DNA from: Amphiscolops sp. MND2022
Lineage: Eukaryota
DNA: 64,000 nucleotides
Direction: 5' to 3'
Assembly (NCBI GenBank): GCA_964187785.1
Contig: OZ076421.1
Location: forward strand, 48,112,001-48,176,000
The notes beneath the pieces are model-generated. The model did no database searches. It saw nothing but the letters and a program-made list of their open reading frames with translations, and was not told the origin of the DNA. Both the position numbers and the translations under genes were made by a program. This document shows positions 1 to 13,300 of this stretch, one piece after another (position 1 is the first letter of the stretch; every line of letters starts with the position of its first letter).

Positions 1-240
1 GCTGTACAGCCGTGTCCACGTCCGTATCCTACTCGTCTACAGCCGCAATCCAGTCCGGGAGCGGACTGTGACAAGGCATTTGAAAAAAGTGCCAGAAATT
101 GTTAAAAAAATAAACTTTGAACAGTTCTTTGCTCGAATAGTCTGAGGCGGAAAAACTTGGGCCGAATTGCGCCAAAAACAAATTATCGATTTCAGAACTT
201 TTTAAAAAACTTTTGCTTCTATGTGGAGCTCATAAACTTT

Positions 241-1020
241 ACATGGAATTTACATGGTCATACATGATAAACATGGAGTTTACATGATCATGCATGGCAA
301 GCATGGAATTTACATGATCATGCATGGCAAGCATGGAGTTTACATGATCATGCATGGCAAGCATGGAGTTTACATGATCATGCATGGCAAGCATGGAGTT
401 TACATGATCATGCATAGCAAGCATGGAGTTTACATGATCATGCATGGCAAGCATGGAATTTACATGATCATGCATGGCAAGCATGGAGTTTACATGATCA
501 TGCATGGCAAGCATGGAGTTTACATGATCATGCATGGCAAGCATGGAGTTTACATGATCATGCATGGCAAGCATGGAGTTTACATGATCATGCATAGCAA
601 GCATGGAGTTTACATGATCATGCATGGCAAGCATGGAATTTACATGATCATGCATGGCAAGCATGGAGTTTACATGATCATGCATGGCAAGCATGGAGTT
701 TACATGATCATGCATGGCAAGCATGGAAGTTACATGATCATGCATGGCAAGCATGGAGTTTACATGATCATGCATGGCAAGCATGGAGTTTACATGATCA
801 TGCATGGCAAGCATGGAGTTTACATGATCATGCATGGCAAGCATGGAGTTTACATGATCATGCATGGCAAGCATGGAGTTTACATGATCATGCATAGCAA
901 GCATGGAGTTTACATGATCATGCATGGCAAGCATGGAGTTTACATGATCATGCATGGCAAGCATGGAGTTTACATGATCATGCATGGCAAGCATGGAGTT
1001 TACATGATCATACATGGAAA
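241..1020. repeat. 30-bp minisatellite (gcatggagtttacatgatcatgcatggcaa), about 26 copies
   Basis: Read directly. Confidence 0.98.
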
Positions 1021-1073
1021 TGCACGGGACTCCAACACTTGGCAGAGAGACCAAATCCCACATGATAACTCAC

Positions 1074-1326
1074 CCAGGGGCACTTCTTTGATGACCACGA
1101 CAGGAGACAGGGGCCCCTCTCCCAACTCGTTCACGATCTGGATCTGGACGTCGTAGTCGTCCAAGGTAGCCGGGTTTCTGGCCGCATCCGGAGGCAGTTC
1201 CAGGGTCAGCTGGTTCTGGAAGGGAGACCTCACCCTCTGGTTGGTGAATAAAGACCCGGAGCCTGTCTTGCGATACAACACGTTGAAGTAGCAGTTGTCG
1301 GCCGCAAAGTCCGCCACATTCACTTG
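1074..1326 (-). CDS. Exon 19: FN3-2 (QVNVADF...YFNVLYRK...YDVQIQIVNELGEGPLSPVVVIKEVPL)
   Basis: cttttgcag acceptor and GTGAGT donor; 253 nt, phase 0 to 1. Confidence 0.88.
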
Positions 1327-4300
1327 CTGCAAAAGCATAGGGGATGGAATAATAGGGTTGGTCTAAAAGTGTTTTTGGGGAATAACGTCTAAAATCTAAT
1401 GTATTAAGATTGGGAATAAGCATGACTGAGCATGACTTCTTAGCTTTAGGGAGACAGGAATTCGGACTAATGAAATAGGACTAATGATCAAAACTGAAAT
1501 AGGACTAATGGAAATAAGACTAATCCTTTTTAGTGCCGCCTTAGAACTAACGGAAATAGGACTAATTGAAATAGGACTAAAACAACTTTTGGCACGCAAA
1601 AATTGAAACTACGTAGATCAAATTGACAAAATCACGACATGTTCAATTGTAAAAAACATCGAACATAAAAGTAGTACAACAAAAAAACGCAGAAGCTGAT
1701 AAAAACATGGTACAAAATGCAAATTGGAAACGTGGAACATGAAAGTAGTACAAAAGTAACGTAATACAATTGATCAACACAAAATTGATACAATCATTAT
1801 TTTTTCCTCCCATTGATTTTATAAAATAGTCGGATCTCGAATCATTTCATTCAAGAATAAAAGTTTACCTTTCGTAAATGTCTCACAAAATTTTCAGTAC
1901 TTTCCCCTTCTGTGGGGCATATTCGGTGTAAGCACGCTCGCGCTCACCGTCGCAGAGACCAGCTCCCACTACAATCGCTTCGCGATCTCCGTTCCCGCTA
2001 GATCTTTGCTCCTGTTCGACCTCGCTTAGCAAGATGAGAACATAAGCGGTCCCAAGGGGCCGCGGGGCACTAGAGGAAATGCGGAAATATCAGAGGCACG
2101 TTTTATACTTTGAAAAACTTTGGATAATATTGCTTTATATACTATTCCGTTCTCATCTTAGGCCTCATTCCGCATTTTAAGTCTTATTCCCACTTTTTTA
2201 AGTTCCAATTCCCGTAACAAATTAGTTCTTATTTCTGTCTTTAGTTCCAATTCCCGTAACAAATTAGTTCTAATTCCTGTTTGAGAAAATACGAAATTAG
2301 TTCTATTTCGCATGGACGTTTCAAAAGTTTTGAGCATGTTAGTCCTAATTCCATTAGTTCTATTTCTTTAGTCCGATTTCCGTTTCACCTTGGCTTTAGG
2401 GAGACAGGAATTCGGATCAATGAAATAGGACTAATCATCAAAACTGAAATAGGACTAATGGAAATAGAACTAATTCTTTTTTAGTGCCGCTTTGGAACTA
2501 ATGGAAAAAGGACTATTGAAATAGGACTAAAACAACTTTTGGCACGCAAAATTTGCAATTACGCAGATCAAATTGACAAAATCACGACATGTTCTGTTGT
2601 GAACATCGAACATAAAAGTAGTTTAACAAAAAAAACGCAGAAGCTGATAAAAAAACATGGTACAAAATGCAAATTGGAAACGTGGAACATGAAAGTAGTA
2701 CAAAAGTAACGTAATACAATTGAGCAACATAAAATTGATACAATCATTTTTCCCTCCCATTGAATTTATAAAATAGTCGGATCTCGAACCATTTCATTCA
2801 AGAATAAATGTTTACCTTTCGTAAATGCCTCACAAAATTTTCAGTACTTTCCCCTTCTGTGGGGCATATTCGGTGTATGCACGCTCGCCCTCACCGTCGC
2901 AAAGACCAGCTCCCACTACGATCGCTTCGCGATCTCCGTTCCCGCTAGGTCTTTCCTCCTGTTCGACCTCGCTTAGCAAGATGGAAACATAAGCGGCCCC
3001 AAGGGCCGCGGGGCACTAGAGGAAATGGGGAAATATCAGAGGCACGTTTTATACTTTGTAAAACTAGATATTTTTCCTTTCGATACTATTCCGTTCTCCC
3101 ACTGGGTCTCATTCCGCATTTAAGGTCTTATTCCCACGTTTTTAGTTCCAATTCCCGTAACGAATTAGTTCTAATTCCTGTTTTAGTTCCATATCCTGTA
3201 ACAAATTAGTTCTAATTCCTGTTTGAGAAAAGACGAAATTAGTTCTATTTCACATGAACGTTTCAGAAATTTTGAGCATGTTAGTCCTAATTCCATTAGT
3301 TCTATTTCTTTAGTCCGATTTCTGTTTCCCCTTGGCTTTAGACGTTATTCCTTAGACCTTATTTCTGCTCGCCGCAAAAACGGGAAGAAAATATTGAGCG
3401 AAATTTTGATTTTTTTTTGATAGTATATGAAGTATTTGAAGTATATTAGTGCACTTAGTGATTGGTCCTAAAATAACAAAATTAGGGTTTTCGGGTTTTC
3501 ATGAACTGCCGGTCTTTGTCAAGCGACCAAAACGGTCCATAGTTCGGATTATAGACCGACTAGTTTTGCACGTTTCTAGTTTCTGCACGCGGGTTTAATT
3601 GAGATTGCTCAAAAGGCTTACAAAATGTTCAAGCTAAAGCAAAAGTGAATGGAGCAAAGTGCAAAAAATTCGAGGTTTTATATTTGGACGAAAATATTCT
3701 GAGACTCACCACTGGAAAAACATGTCACAAAAGTTAAAGCTCCCAAATGGTTTTTCTCAAAGAATACACATTTCTACGGACATACATGATTTTTGGCACA
3801 TATATTCATTAGGAGTGGGAGTACCTATTTGTAAGGCTAGAACCGCTCTGGGACTAATCGTTCCCGAGTTATTAGCTCCGGAAGTGCAATAGGCACGACC
3901 CCCAACGGGCGCGTCGGCAACGATCCAAAATGAGTTATATTATAAATGGAATTGATAGCCCATTGGATATCAAATCACGTTCGTTCGGCACCCCTCCTAA
4001 GGCCTAGATATCGCTGAGTAATTCAAATTCGTATAAACCTTCTGTTGAGAAAACTCTCAAAATCTCGGTGATGGAAAATGTTCAGAGTGGAGGGTGTCTT
4101 TAGGCTCGGAAATGTTGTTCTATCTGAAAAGTTCTAAAAAAAACAAGGACCGTTGAAAAAAGAATCGAAAAAGTTGCACAGATTTGAAACGAAAGCCAAA
4201 TTCGGTGACCAAAATCAAAGATACACTTCTTTAGAGAGCACCGTAAGTTCTTGGAAGAAAAACGCTTTCAAAGAGCTTTTTGGTGATTGAAAAAAAAACG

Positions 4301-7300
4301 ACGAAAAGTCACTTTTTACTGAGTGCCGATTGAAGAATAATGATAAAATTTATTTCCCTGATTCCGCGGGGTAGACATCGAAGAAAGTTCCACTTTTCTA
4401 AGTTTGCGCCCTAGGATACTATCTCCCCAGGGCAAGCTATGGTACCATATTTGCAGCCAAGTGGTCAAGCAAGGGTCGGCTTGAACTTGAAGCTGTGGTT
4501 CCAAAGTGACTTGCTCTAGGTCATGAACTACTAGGACCTTTTAAATGTCAAAATCCAATCAAGTTATAACCAATCAAGTTATTACCACTCAAGTCAAACT
4601 TACGTCAAAGGCGATGGCGAGCAGTCGTTTTTTCCTGGCCCTCTCGGCGAACCCGGCGTGGATGTTGTTGACAAGCTGGGTGGGTGCCCCCTGAGGAATG
4701 AGGTCCCCCCTGGTTGGCAGACTGGGCGCACTCGCACCCAACGCATTCAGGGCCACCACTCTGAACCGCAACATGCAGTACTTCTTGACAAAGGAGGTCA
4801 GGTCAATGCTTGATTTGTCCCCGTCAGTTTCTATAAACATCGAAAAAAGGTCTTGGAAAAAGGTCTTGAAAGAGGTCGGGTTTACGTCTTGGGAACCGAA
4901 TTGCTAGATGTGACCTAATTCATTGATGTTGTCTCTGTAGATGCTCAACGCTCTGGGCAGTCCACAATGAAGTTACTCTGACATCTGCAACTGGCCAATA
5001 TCTTCTGTCTATTGAATGTACTCGTACTGGCACTCCACCCACCGCGAACCACCGGTGCAACACCAGTGACTACCGGTGGAGGCAATTTTGGATAATCAGT
5101 CGTTTTTTCTACCGGTGGCCACAGGTGCTTCACCGGTTGACACCGGTGAATTTTTTTAAACGAATTGTGAATTCTGGAAAATTATTGAAAACGTAGGTTT
5201 TTGATTGTCATTTTTTATTATGGAATCCGGAGGTTATTTAAGTTTTCAAAAACTTACATTTGCAGCAATAAAGAATAATTTGGCACCGCGTGTCCGCAAA
5301 CCGCGATGTAGACAATGCTGCAGAACAGATATAGCTAAGGCAAAACAAACAAAATATAAGATCTGATAGCGCTGAGGTAAATGCTGGACTGTCAACAAAA
5401 TGATTACAGGTTCGCGTCACGATTTTTGCAATATTTTGTATACAACATGAAATGTGTCCGGTAGACATGTCTTATGAAAAGCAGATCACGGTACATAAAA
5501 GAGGGGAGTCAACGAAGGGTGAACGGAAGAAGACCTACGAAAAAAGACCTAAATCGACAACGGGAACAAGACCTAATATGCTTCGCAATTTTCGAGACTA
5601 AGACCTAATCCCGGAATAAGACCTAAAAACCGGAACGAGAAATAAAAAAGTGATAATAACAACTAACAAGCCGGGACCGACCCGAGTCGGCGCCATATCC
5701 AAGCTTCTAAAATAGCAAAAGGACTTCCGGTTGTTTTCTGTTCACCCCCACCATCATAAATTTTTTTGGAAAATTAGTGAAAATCTTATAACAAATAGAC
5801 TTGAATACAAACCAGAAAGCTTCAGTTTTAAATTTATTGTCAGGGTGATAGTTTATGATTCAGATACAAACTTTGATCACACTTTTTCCCTATGTAGTCA
5901 GGCATTTTTGATGAAGAAATCAACAGCTTCCTGTTTTGAGTCATCAATAAACACTTAATAATCGTGAACGTAATTAATAAATGAACATAAGTATCGTCAA
6001 AATGTGTGAACAATGTTTTGTTCAAGCGGAATACTACTCTAATGGAAGTTAACGTCCTGTTATGAAAGAAGGTTTTACTTGTAATTAGGCTAGTCTAAAG
6101 TTTTTAAGGAAAGTTAGTTTCAAATTTTTTTTTTTTTTGGGGGGGGGGGGGGCGGGGGGGATTGGTGTTGGACGGCTACAGAAAAGAGCCTGACTTCCAA
6201 GTGTCAATTTACAGTAATCGAAAATCGAACAACCAAAAAATGGACCGAGTGGCGCGTGTCAATTTACAGTAATCGAAAATCGAACAACCAAAAAATGGAC
6301 CGAGTGGCGCGTCGGGGCCCGCTAGGGCGAGCCCCTGGCACTCTAAAATGGGACATTTTGGAGAAAAAACAAACTTTCAAAAAAAGTCTCACAAAAACTG
6401 AAAGGGGACCCTTTGGGATTTTCCAACATCCATTCTGTCAAAAGAGCAAAAAAATGAAAGGGGGACCCTTTGGGGAAAATTTTTTTCCGCAAAAAAAGTC
6501 TCGCAGTGCTGAAAATAATTGAAAAAAGGGACCCTTTGGTCTCGCCCGGTATGGTATTTTACGCGGGAAAACAGGAAAAACCTTTTTGGTTCAGTTCGCT
6601 AGGCCAAATGGTGCAATTTGGTGCAATAATATTTTGTGGAACTTTTAAGAACTATTTTGGTCAGGTCGTGTGGATTGAAAAAAAAGTAGAAGTCACTCCA
6701 TGAAGCGCCGACTAAAAACCGGAACAAGACCCAAAATGAGGAATAAGACCTAAAATGCGGAGGAGAACAGAATAGTATTTAAAGGAATAAAACTTAAAAC
6801 GATTTCGAGAATAATGTCTAAAGTTTTTAAAAGTAATATACGTTCCTCTGATATTTCCCCTGGGGCCGCTTGTGTACCCATCCTGCAAAGCGAGGTCGAA
6901 TAGGAGCAAAGACCAAACGCGAACGGAGATCGTAGTGGGAGCTGGTCTTAGCGACGGTGAGGTTGAGCGTGCATACACAGGATAAGCCCCACATTAGGTG
7001 GGGAAAGTAATGAAAATGTTGTAAGACGTTTACGCATTACGACGCCAAACAGGGAACTTTTGACTGCAACAGATCTGTTGCAGTGTGGTGTGGATTCTCC
7101 ACATCGATTACATTACGTGGGTTTTCAAAAAATGAGGAAAGTGGAGTGAAACAATTTTCTGGATTCTTGCACTAATACCTGCGTAACCTGCGAAGAATCG
7201 CCGAAACAAAATTTTCACTGTTTTCCTGAATTCTTGAAATTTTGTGGATTCTTCGTTTTAGCATTTATTAGCAAATATTAGTTTGCGGGGATTCTTCTTT

Positions 7301-10300
7301 GATTAGGTCACTTAATTGAGTTACTAAATTTTTGTTGATTCTTCGTTTCGTATGAATTCACAGAAATACCATAAACAAAATTTGTGGATTCTTCCTTTAT
7401 TATATGAACAATTTTGTTGAATATGTTGAAATGGTTTTCACAATAGCTTGACAATAGCAAACATGGGAACCATATATTATTATTATTGTGAAGAATCCAC
7501 AAAACCTTTTCCTCATTTCTTGAAAATTTCACTTTTGCACTACTAATATTAATGTCTGAATTCTTCCGTCAAATTGACGGCACTTTGAAGCTCACTTTTT
7601 CCTCATTTCTAGAAAACACATTTTGGTAGTCGCAAAAGCCAATTTTCCTCAATTCTTGAAAAACACAAAGTTCCCTGTTTGGCGTCGTAATGCGGAAGGT
7701 AAACGTTTGTTCCTCAAAAAATGATTTTAGGTCTGACGATTGTATAAAATTAATTGGGCAAAAGCAATTAATGATTGTGAAATTTGTTTTTTAACGGTGT
7801 GTTGATTGCCCCAATTTCATCTGCTGGAGATTTTTGTCTGAAGACTCGGTAACTAATTCTAGCTTCAAACGTGTTTTCCCTGAAGAAAGAATCTTTTTAA
7901 GTCTTAATCTTTTTCAAGCCTTATTCCTGTTTTTTAGTCGGCGTTTTCGAAGCAAATGCACGACGCTTACAGTGACTAGCTTTTTTGTCAATTCAACGCA
8001 ATCCCTTTTTTGTTCAATTGTTCAACTTCTTGGCCGACTAATGTTCTGGGGTCTGAGAAGCAGGAGAGTCTCGCACTAAACCACAAAATTTTCTTATGCT
8101 TCCAAAAGTAGAGTGGAACCTTTGGGTTTTTTCGGCACTACGCGACATTTTTCGGAAAATTTTTGAATTCCATCAAAGGGTACCCCTTGAGTTTTTTTGA
8201 AACTTTCAGTTTGTTAAGAACGTTTCATGAGCCTAAAGGGTCTCTCTTTGGGTTGTTCGGCAATATGCGACTTTTTTATCAAATACTTTTTGCAAAAAAA
8301 AACTCCAAAGGCAAATCAGTTTTTTTTCTGATGCTTCCAGCTCAGAAAAAAAAAGATGTTTTCAGATTTCGGGGAAGAAAACTTTTCGGGTGTTTTTCTG
8401 CTCTGTGTGATAATTTAAAAATTTCACAATAGTTGTTCCCTGGAATATTTTTGAGCCTTTGATATGACGCCGACTTGGATCGTTCCCGGTTTGTTAGGTC
8501 TTATTCCACTACTTTCCGTTATAGGTCTTATTCCCTTAGGTCTTATTCCTTTTTAAATGTTAGGTCTTCTTCCCTAGGTCTTATTCCGGGTCATCGTTAA
8601 CGAACACCGCTATCATTAGTCCGTGTGTTTCGAAAATCACAGCAGTTATTCTAGAAAAAACAACGGGAGGATGGAATAAGATCTAATGGGACAAGATCTA
8701 ACGCTTTGTGATTGGTGGAGAGCACCCCACCATGTCAATTTGAGACATTTGATTGGTCTAGATCTTATTCGTTACATCTTATTCCGCTTTCTAAAAAGCA
8801 TCATAGCACGCAGAAAGAGCAAACAAATGAGAGCAAATCTCATTGGGTGGGTCTCACGCGCTCATTTCATTGGTCGAGAGCTGTTTCCGAAACATCAGCT
8901 TCAAGTTTTTCGAAGTAAACTATTTTTATAAGCTCGTATCAAAAAGCCTATTCTCACATTTATTTTTTCTCAGATTTCAAAATGCTTTGTAAATCAAAAC
9001 TTATCAGGTTAAAATCAGGGAGGTCGATTGAACATGAAATTTCTCAAGTAATTTTCAACAGAAAATAGACCAAAAATAAGAATAACCTCAATTTTGACCT
9101 TAAATTTGGCTTAAACGGCTCATCGTAAATTTTACATTTTTTATACCATAATTTTCAAATAAACATTTGTAAACTAGATAAAAATCTTTAAAAGACTTTT
9201 AACATTACCGTTATTGAAAGATTACTGCCGTTTGTAAAATTTTCGATTTTGACCATGTGACATGAATCTAGTTTGGAGGTCAATAGTAACGCAATGTTAC
9301 ATAATTGTTACTTACTCTATGACCTTTTATGTTAATTACATAACATACCTGCTAGTAACTTTAATGTCATCTGTAGTACGATATAGTGGACACTATAACT
9401 TGATCTTACGTACAATACAGTATTACATTCCCAAACTTTCTTATTCCAATGGTATACAACATGGCGCAGTCAGCAAGATCGATTTCATGGGACAAACAAA
9501 AGCACTGGTGAAAACCAACAGTACAACACTTCAACTGCCACTATTAATTACAAAAGCAAACATTACACCGTTAATGGGATTAGATTGGATGAAACGGCTC
9601 GGAATAACATTAAACACAACAACCGACGATATTAAAATACACAACACCAAAATGGACGAAACCGAAAAGAAGATCCTCAGACTGAAGAATGAATTTAACA
9701 TTGTTTTACAACAACACGGAAATAAAAGACTTGGAAGTAAAAATCGACCTGAAAGAAGACGCAAAAATAATACAGCAAAAGGGAAGACCAGTACCAATTC
9801 ACCTTCAAAATCAAGTAGCGGAAGAAATAAAAAGACTAATAAAAAACGGATACTTGGAAAGGGCCACAGAAATAACCGAAGATTGTTTCGTGAGCCCGGC
9901 AGTCATCACGGTGAAGAAAGACAAATCAATAAAAATTGCACTGGATTCAAGAAAATTAAATGAAGCAACAATCAAAAAGAAAGCACAAATGCTGAACATG
10001 GAAGAGCTAATATCCAGAATATGACGGAAGATATCGGAAGAACAAGAAGAGGAAATATGGATAACAAAACTAGATTTTGACTATGCTTACGGTCAAATCA
10101 AATCGAACGAGACTACAAGAAATCGATGTATTTTCACCGTTACAGGCGGATAATTTACGGGAAACTACCGTTTCTTGAAAGGCTTTTACGGACTGGCGGA
10201 CATCCCAACAATCTTCCAGGAACGAATAGACAGAACACTGGAATTCAAACACCCCGCTTGGCTAGACGACATCACAATAGTAACCAAAGGAACAATAGAG

Positions 10301-13300
10301 AAACACGAGTCAGAAGTAAAAGAAACAATGAAAAAATTAGACTAAGCAAGATACAGGCTATATCCGAAGAAATGCGAATTTTTCAAGAAAGAGGTTGAAT
10401 GGGTGGGACACCAAATAAACCAAGACGGCATAAGACCACTACAAGACAAATTGGAAGCGATAACAAAAATAAACATACCAAAAAACAAAAAAGAACTAAA
10501 ATCCTTCCTGGGAGCAATACAATATCTGTCAAAGTACATCAAAAATCTATCAGCACAGACAGATATAGTCAGAAAACTACTGAAAAAACAAAACGAATGG
10601 ATCTGGACAGAAGAACACACGAATAGGAGCAAAGACCAAACGCGAACGGAGATCGTAGTGGGAGCTGGTCTTAGCGACGGTGAGGTTGAGCGTGCATACA
10701 CAGGATAAGCCCCACATTAGGTGGGGAAATTAATGAAAATGTTGTAAGACGTTTACGGAAGGTAAACGTTTGTTCCTCAAAAAATGATTTTAGGTCTGAC
10801 GATTGTATAAAATCAATTGGGCAAAAGCAATTAATGATTGTGAAATTTGTTTTTTAACGGTGTGTTGATTGCCCCAATTTCATCTGCTGGAGATTTTTGT
10901 CTGAAGACTCGGTAACTAATTCTAGCTTCAAACGTGTTTTCCCTGAAGAAAGAATCTTTTTAAGTCTTAATCTTTTTCAAGCCTTATTCCTGTTTTTTAG
11001 TCGGCGTTTTCGAAGCAAATGCACGACGCTTACAGTGACTAGCTTTTTTGTCAATTCAACGCAATCCCTTTTTTGTTCAATTGTTCAACTTCTTGGCCGA
11101 CTAATGTTCTGGGGTCTGAGAAGCAGGAGAGTCTCGCACTAAACCACAAAATTTTCTTATGCTTCCAAAAGTAGAGTGGAACCTTTGGGTTTTTTCGGCA
11201 CTACGCGACATTTTTCGGAAAATTTTTGAATTCCATCAAAGGGTACCCCTTGAGTTTTTTTGAAACTTTCAGTTTGTTAAGAACGTTTCATGAGCCTAAA
11301 GGGTCTCTCTTTGGGTTGTTCGGCAATATGCGACTTTTTTATCAAATACTTTTTGCAAAAAAAACTCCAAAGGCAAATCAGTTTTTTTTCTGATGCTTCC
11401 AGCTCAGAAAAAAAAAGATGTTTTCAGATTTCGGGGAAGAAAACTTTTTCGGGTGTTTTTCTGCTCTGTGTGATAATTTAAAAATTTCACAATAGTTGTT
11501 CCCTGGAATATTTTTGAGCCTTTGATATGACGCCGACTTGGATCGTTCCCGGTTTGTTAGGTCTTATTCCACTACTTTCCGTTATAGGTCTTATTCCCTT
11601 AGGTCTTATTCCTTTTTAAATGTTAGGTCTTCTTCCCTAGGTCTTATTCCGGGTCATCGTTAACGAACACCGCTATCATTAGTCCGTGTGTTTCGAAAAT
11701 CACAGCAGTTATTCTAGAAAAAACAACGGGAGGATGGAATAAGATCTAATGGGACAAGATCTAACGCTTTGTGATTGGTGGAGAGCACCCCACCATGTCA
11801 ATTTGAGACATTTGATTGGTCTAGATCTTATTCGTTACATCTTATTCCGCTTTCTAAAAAGCATCATAGCACGCAGAAAGAGCAAACAAATGAGAGCAAA
11901 TCTCATTGGGTGGGTCTCACGCGCTCATTTCATTGGTCGAGAGCTGTTTCCGAAACATCAGCTTCAAGTTTTTCGAAGTAAACTATTTCTATAAGCTCGT
12001 ATCAAAAAGCCTATTCTCACATCTTATTTTTTCTCAGATTTCAAAATGCTTTGTAAATCAAAACTTATCAGGGTAAAATCAGGGAGGTCGATTGAACATG
12101 AAACTTCTCAAGTAATTTTCAACAGAAAATAGACCAAAAATTAGAATAACCTCGATTTTGACATTAAATTTGGCTTAAACGGCTCATCGTAATTTTTACA
12201 TTTTTTATCCCATAATTTTCAAATAAACATTTGTAAACTAGATAAAAATCTTTAAAAGACCTTTAACATTACCGTTATTGAAAGATTACTGCCGTTTGTA
12301 AAATTTTCGATTTTGACCATGTGACATGAATCTAGTTTGGAGGTCAATAGTAACGCAATGTTACATAATTCTTACTTACTCTATGACCTTTTTTGTTAAT
12401 TACATAACATACCTGCTAGTAACTTTAATGTCATCTGTAGTACGATATAGTGGACACTATAACTTGATCTTACGTACAATACAGTATTACATTCCCAAAC
12501 TTTCTTATTCCAATGGTATACAACATGGCGCAGTCAGCAAGATCGATTTCATGGGACAAACAAAAGCACTGGTGAAAACCAACAGTACAACACTTCAACT
12601 GCCACTATTAATTACAAAAGCAAACATTACACCGTTAATGGGATTAGATTGGATGAAACGGCTCGGAATAACATTAAACACAACAACCGACGATATTAAA
12701 TTACACAACACCAAAACGGACGAAACCGAAAAGAAGATCCTCAGACTGAAGAATGAATTTAACATTGTTTTACAACAACACGGAAATAAAAGACTTGGAA
12801 GTAAAAATCGACCTGAAAGAAGACGCAAAAATAATACAGCAAAAGGGAAGACCAGTACCAATTCACCTTCAAAATCAAGTAGCGGAAGAAATAAACAGAC
12901 TAATAAAAAACGGATACTTGGAAAGGGCCACAGAAATAACCGAAGATTGTTTCGTGAGCCCGGCAGTCATCACGGTGAAGAAAGACAAATCAATAAAAAT
13001 TGCACTGGATTCAAGAAAATTAAATGAAGCAACAATCAAAAAGAAAACACAAATGCTGAACATGGAAGAGCTAATATCCAGAATATGACGGAAGATATCG
13101 GAAGAACAAGAAGAGGAAATATGGATAACAAAACTAGATTTTGACTATGCTTACGGTCAAATCAAATCGAACGAGACTACAAGAAATCTATGTATTTTCA
13201 CCGTTACAGGCGGAGAATTTACGGGAAACTACCGTTTCTTGAAAGGCTTTTACGGACTGGCGGACATCCCAACAATCTTCCAGGAACGAATAGACAGAAC

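Noticed and set aside
1-65. GC-rich stretch after a cacag acceptor-like site, possibly the next exon (FN3-3)
   Set aside because: The phase-1 frame required by exon 19 hits TAG after 8 codons; only phase 0 (SAPGLDCGC...) is open. It would need an unverified micro-exon (candidate near 113-141) and is cut by the window edge.
239-1156. 274-aa and 300-aa ORFs (MHDHVNSMLA / MIMHGKHGVY repeats)
   Set aside because: Products of a stop-free 30-bp minisatellite, open on both strands.
9262-9963. 233-aa ORFs (also 12326-13027) as real genes
   Set aside because: They are chimeric read-through of LTR, PBS and a frameshifted protease/RT fragment.
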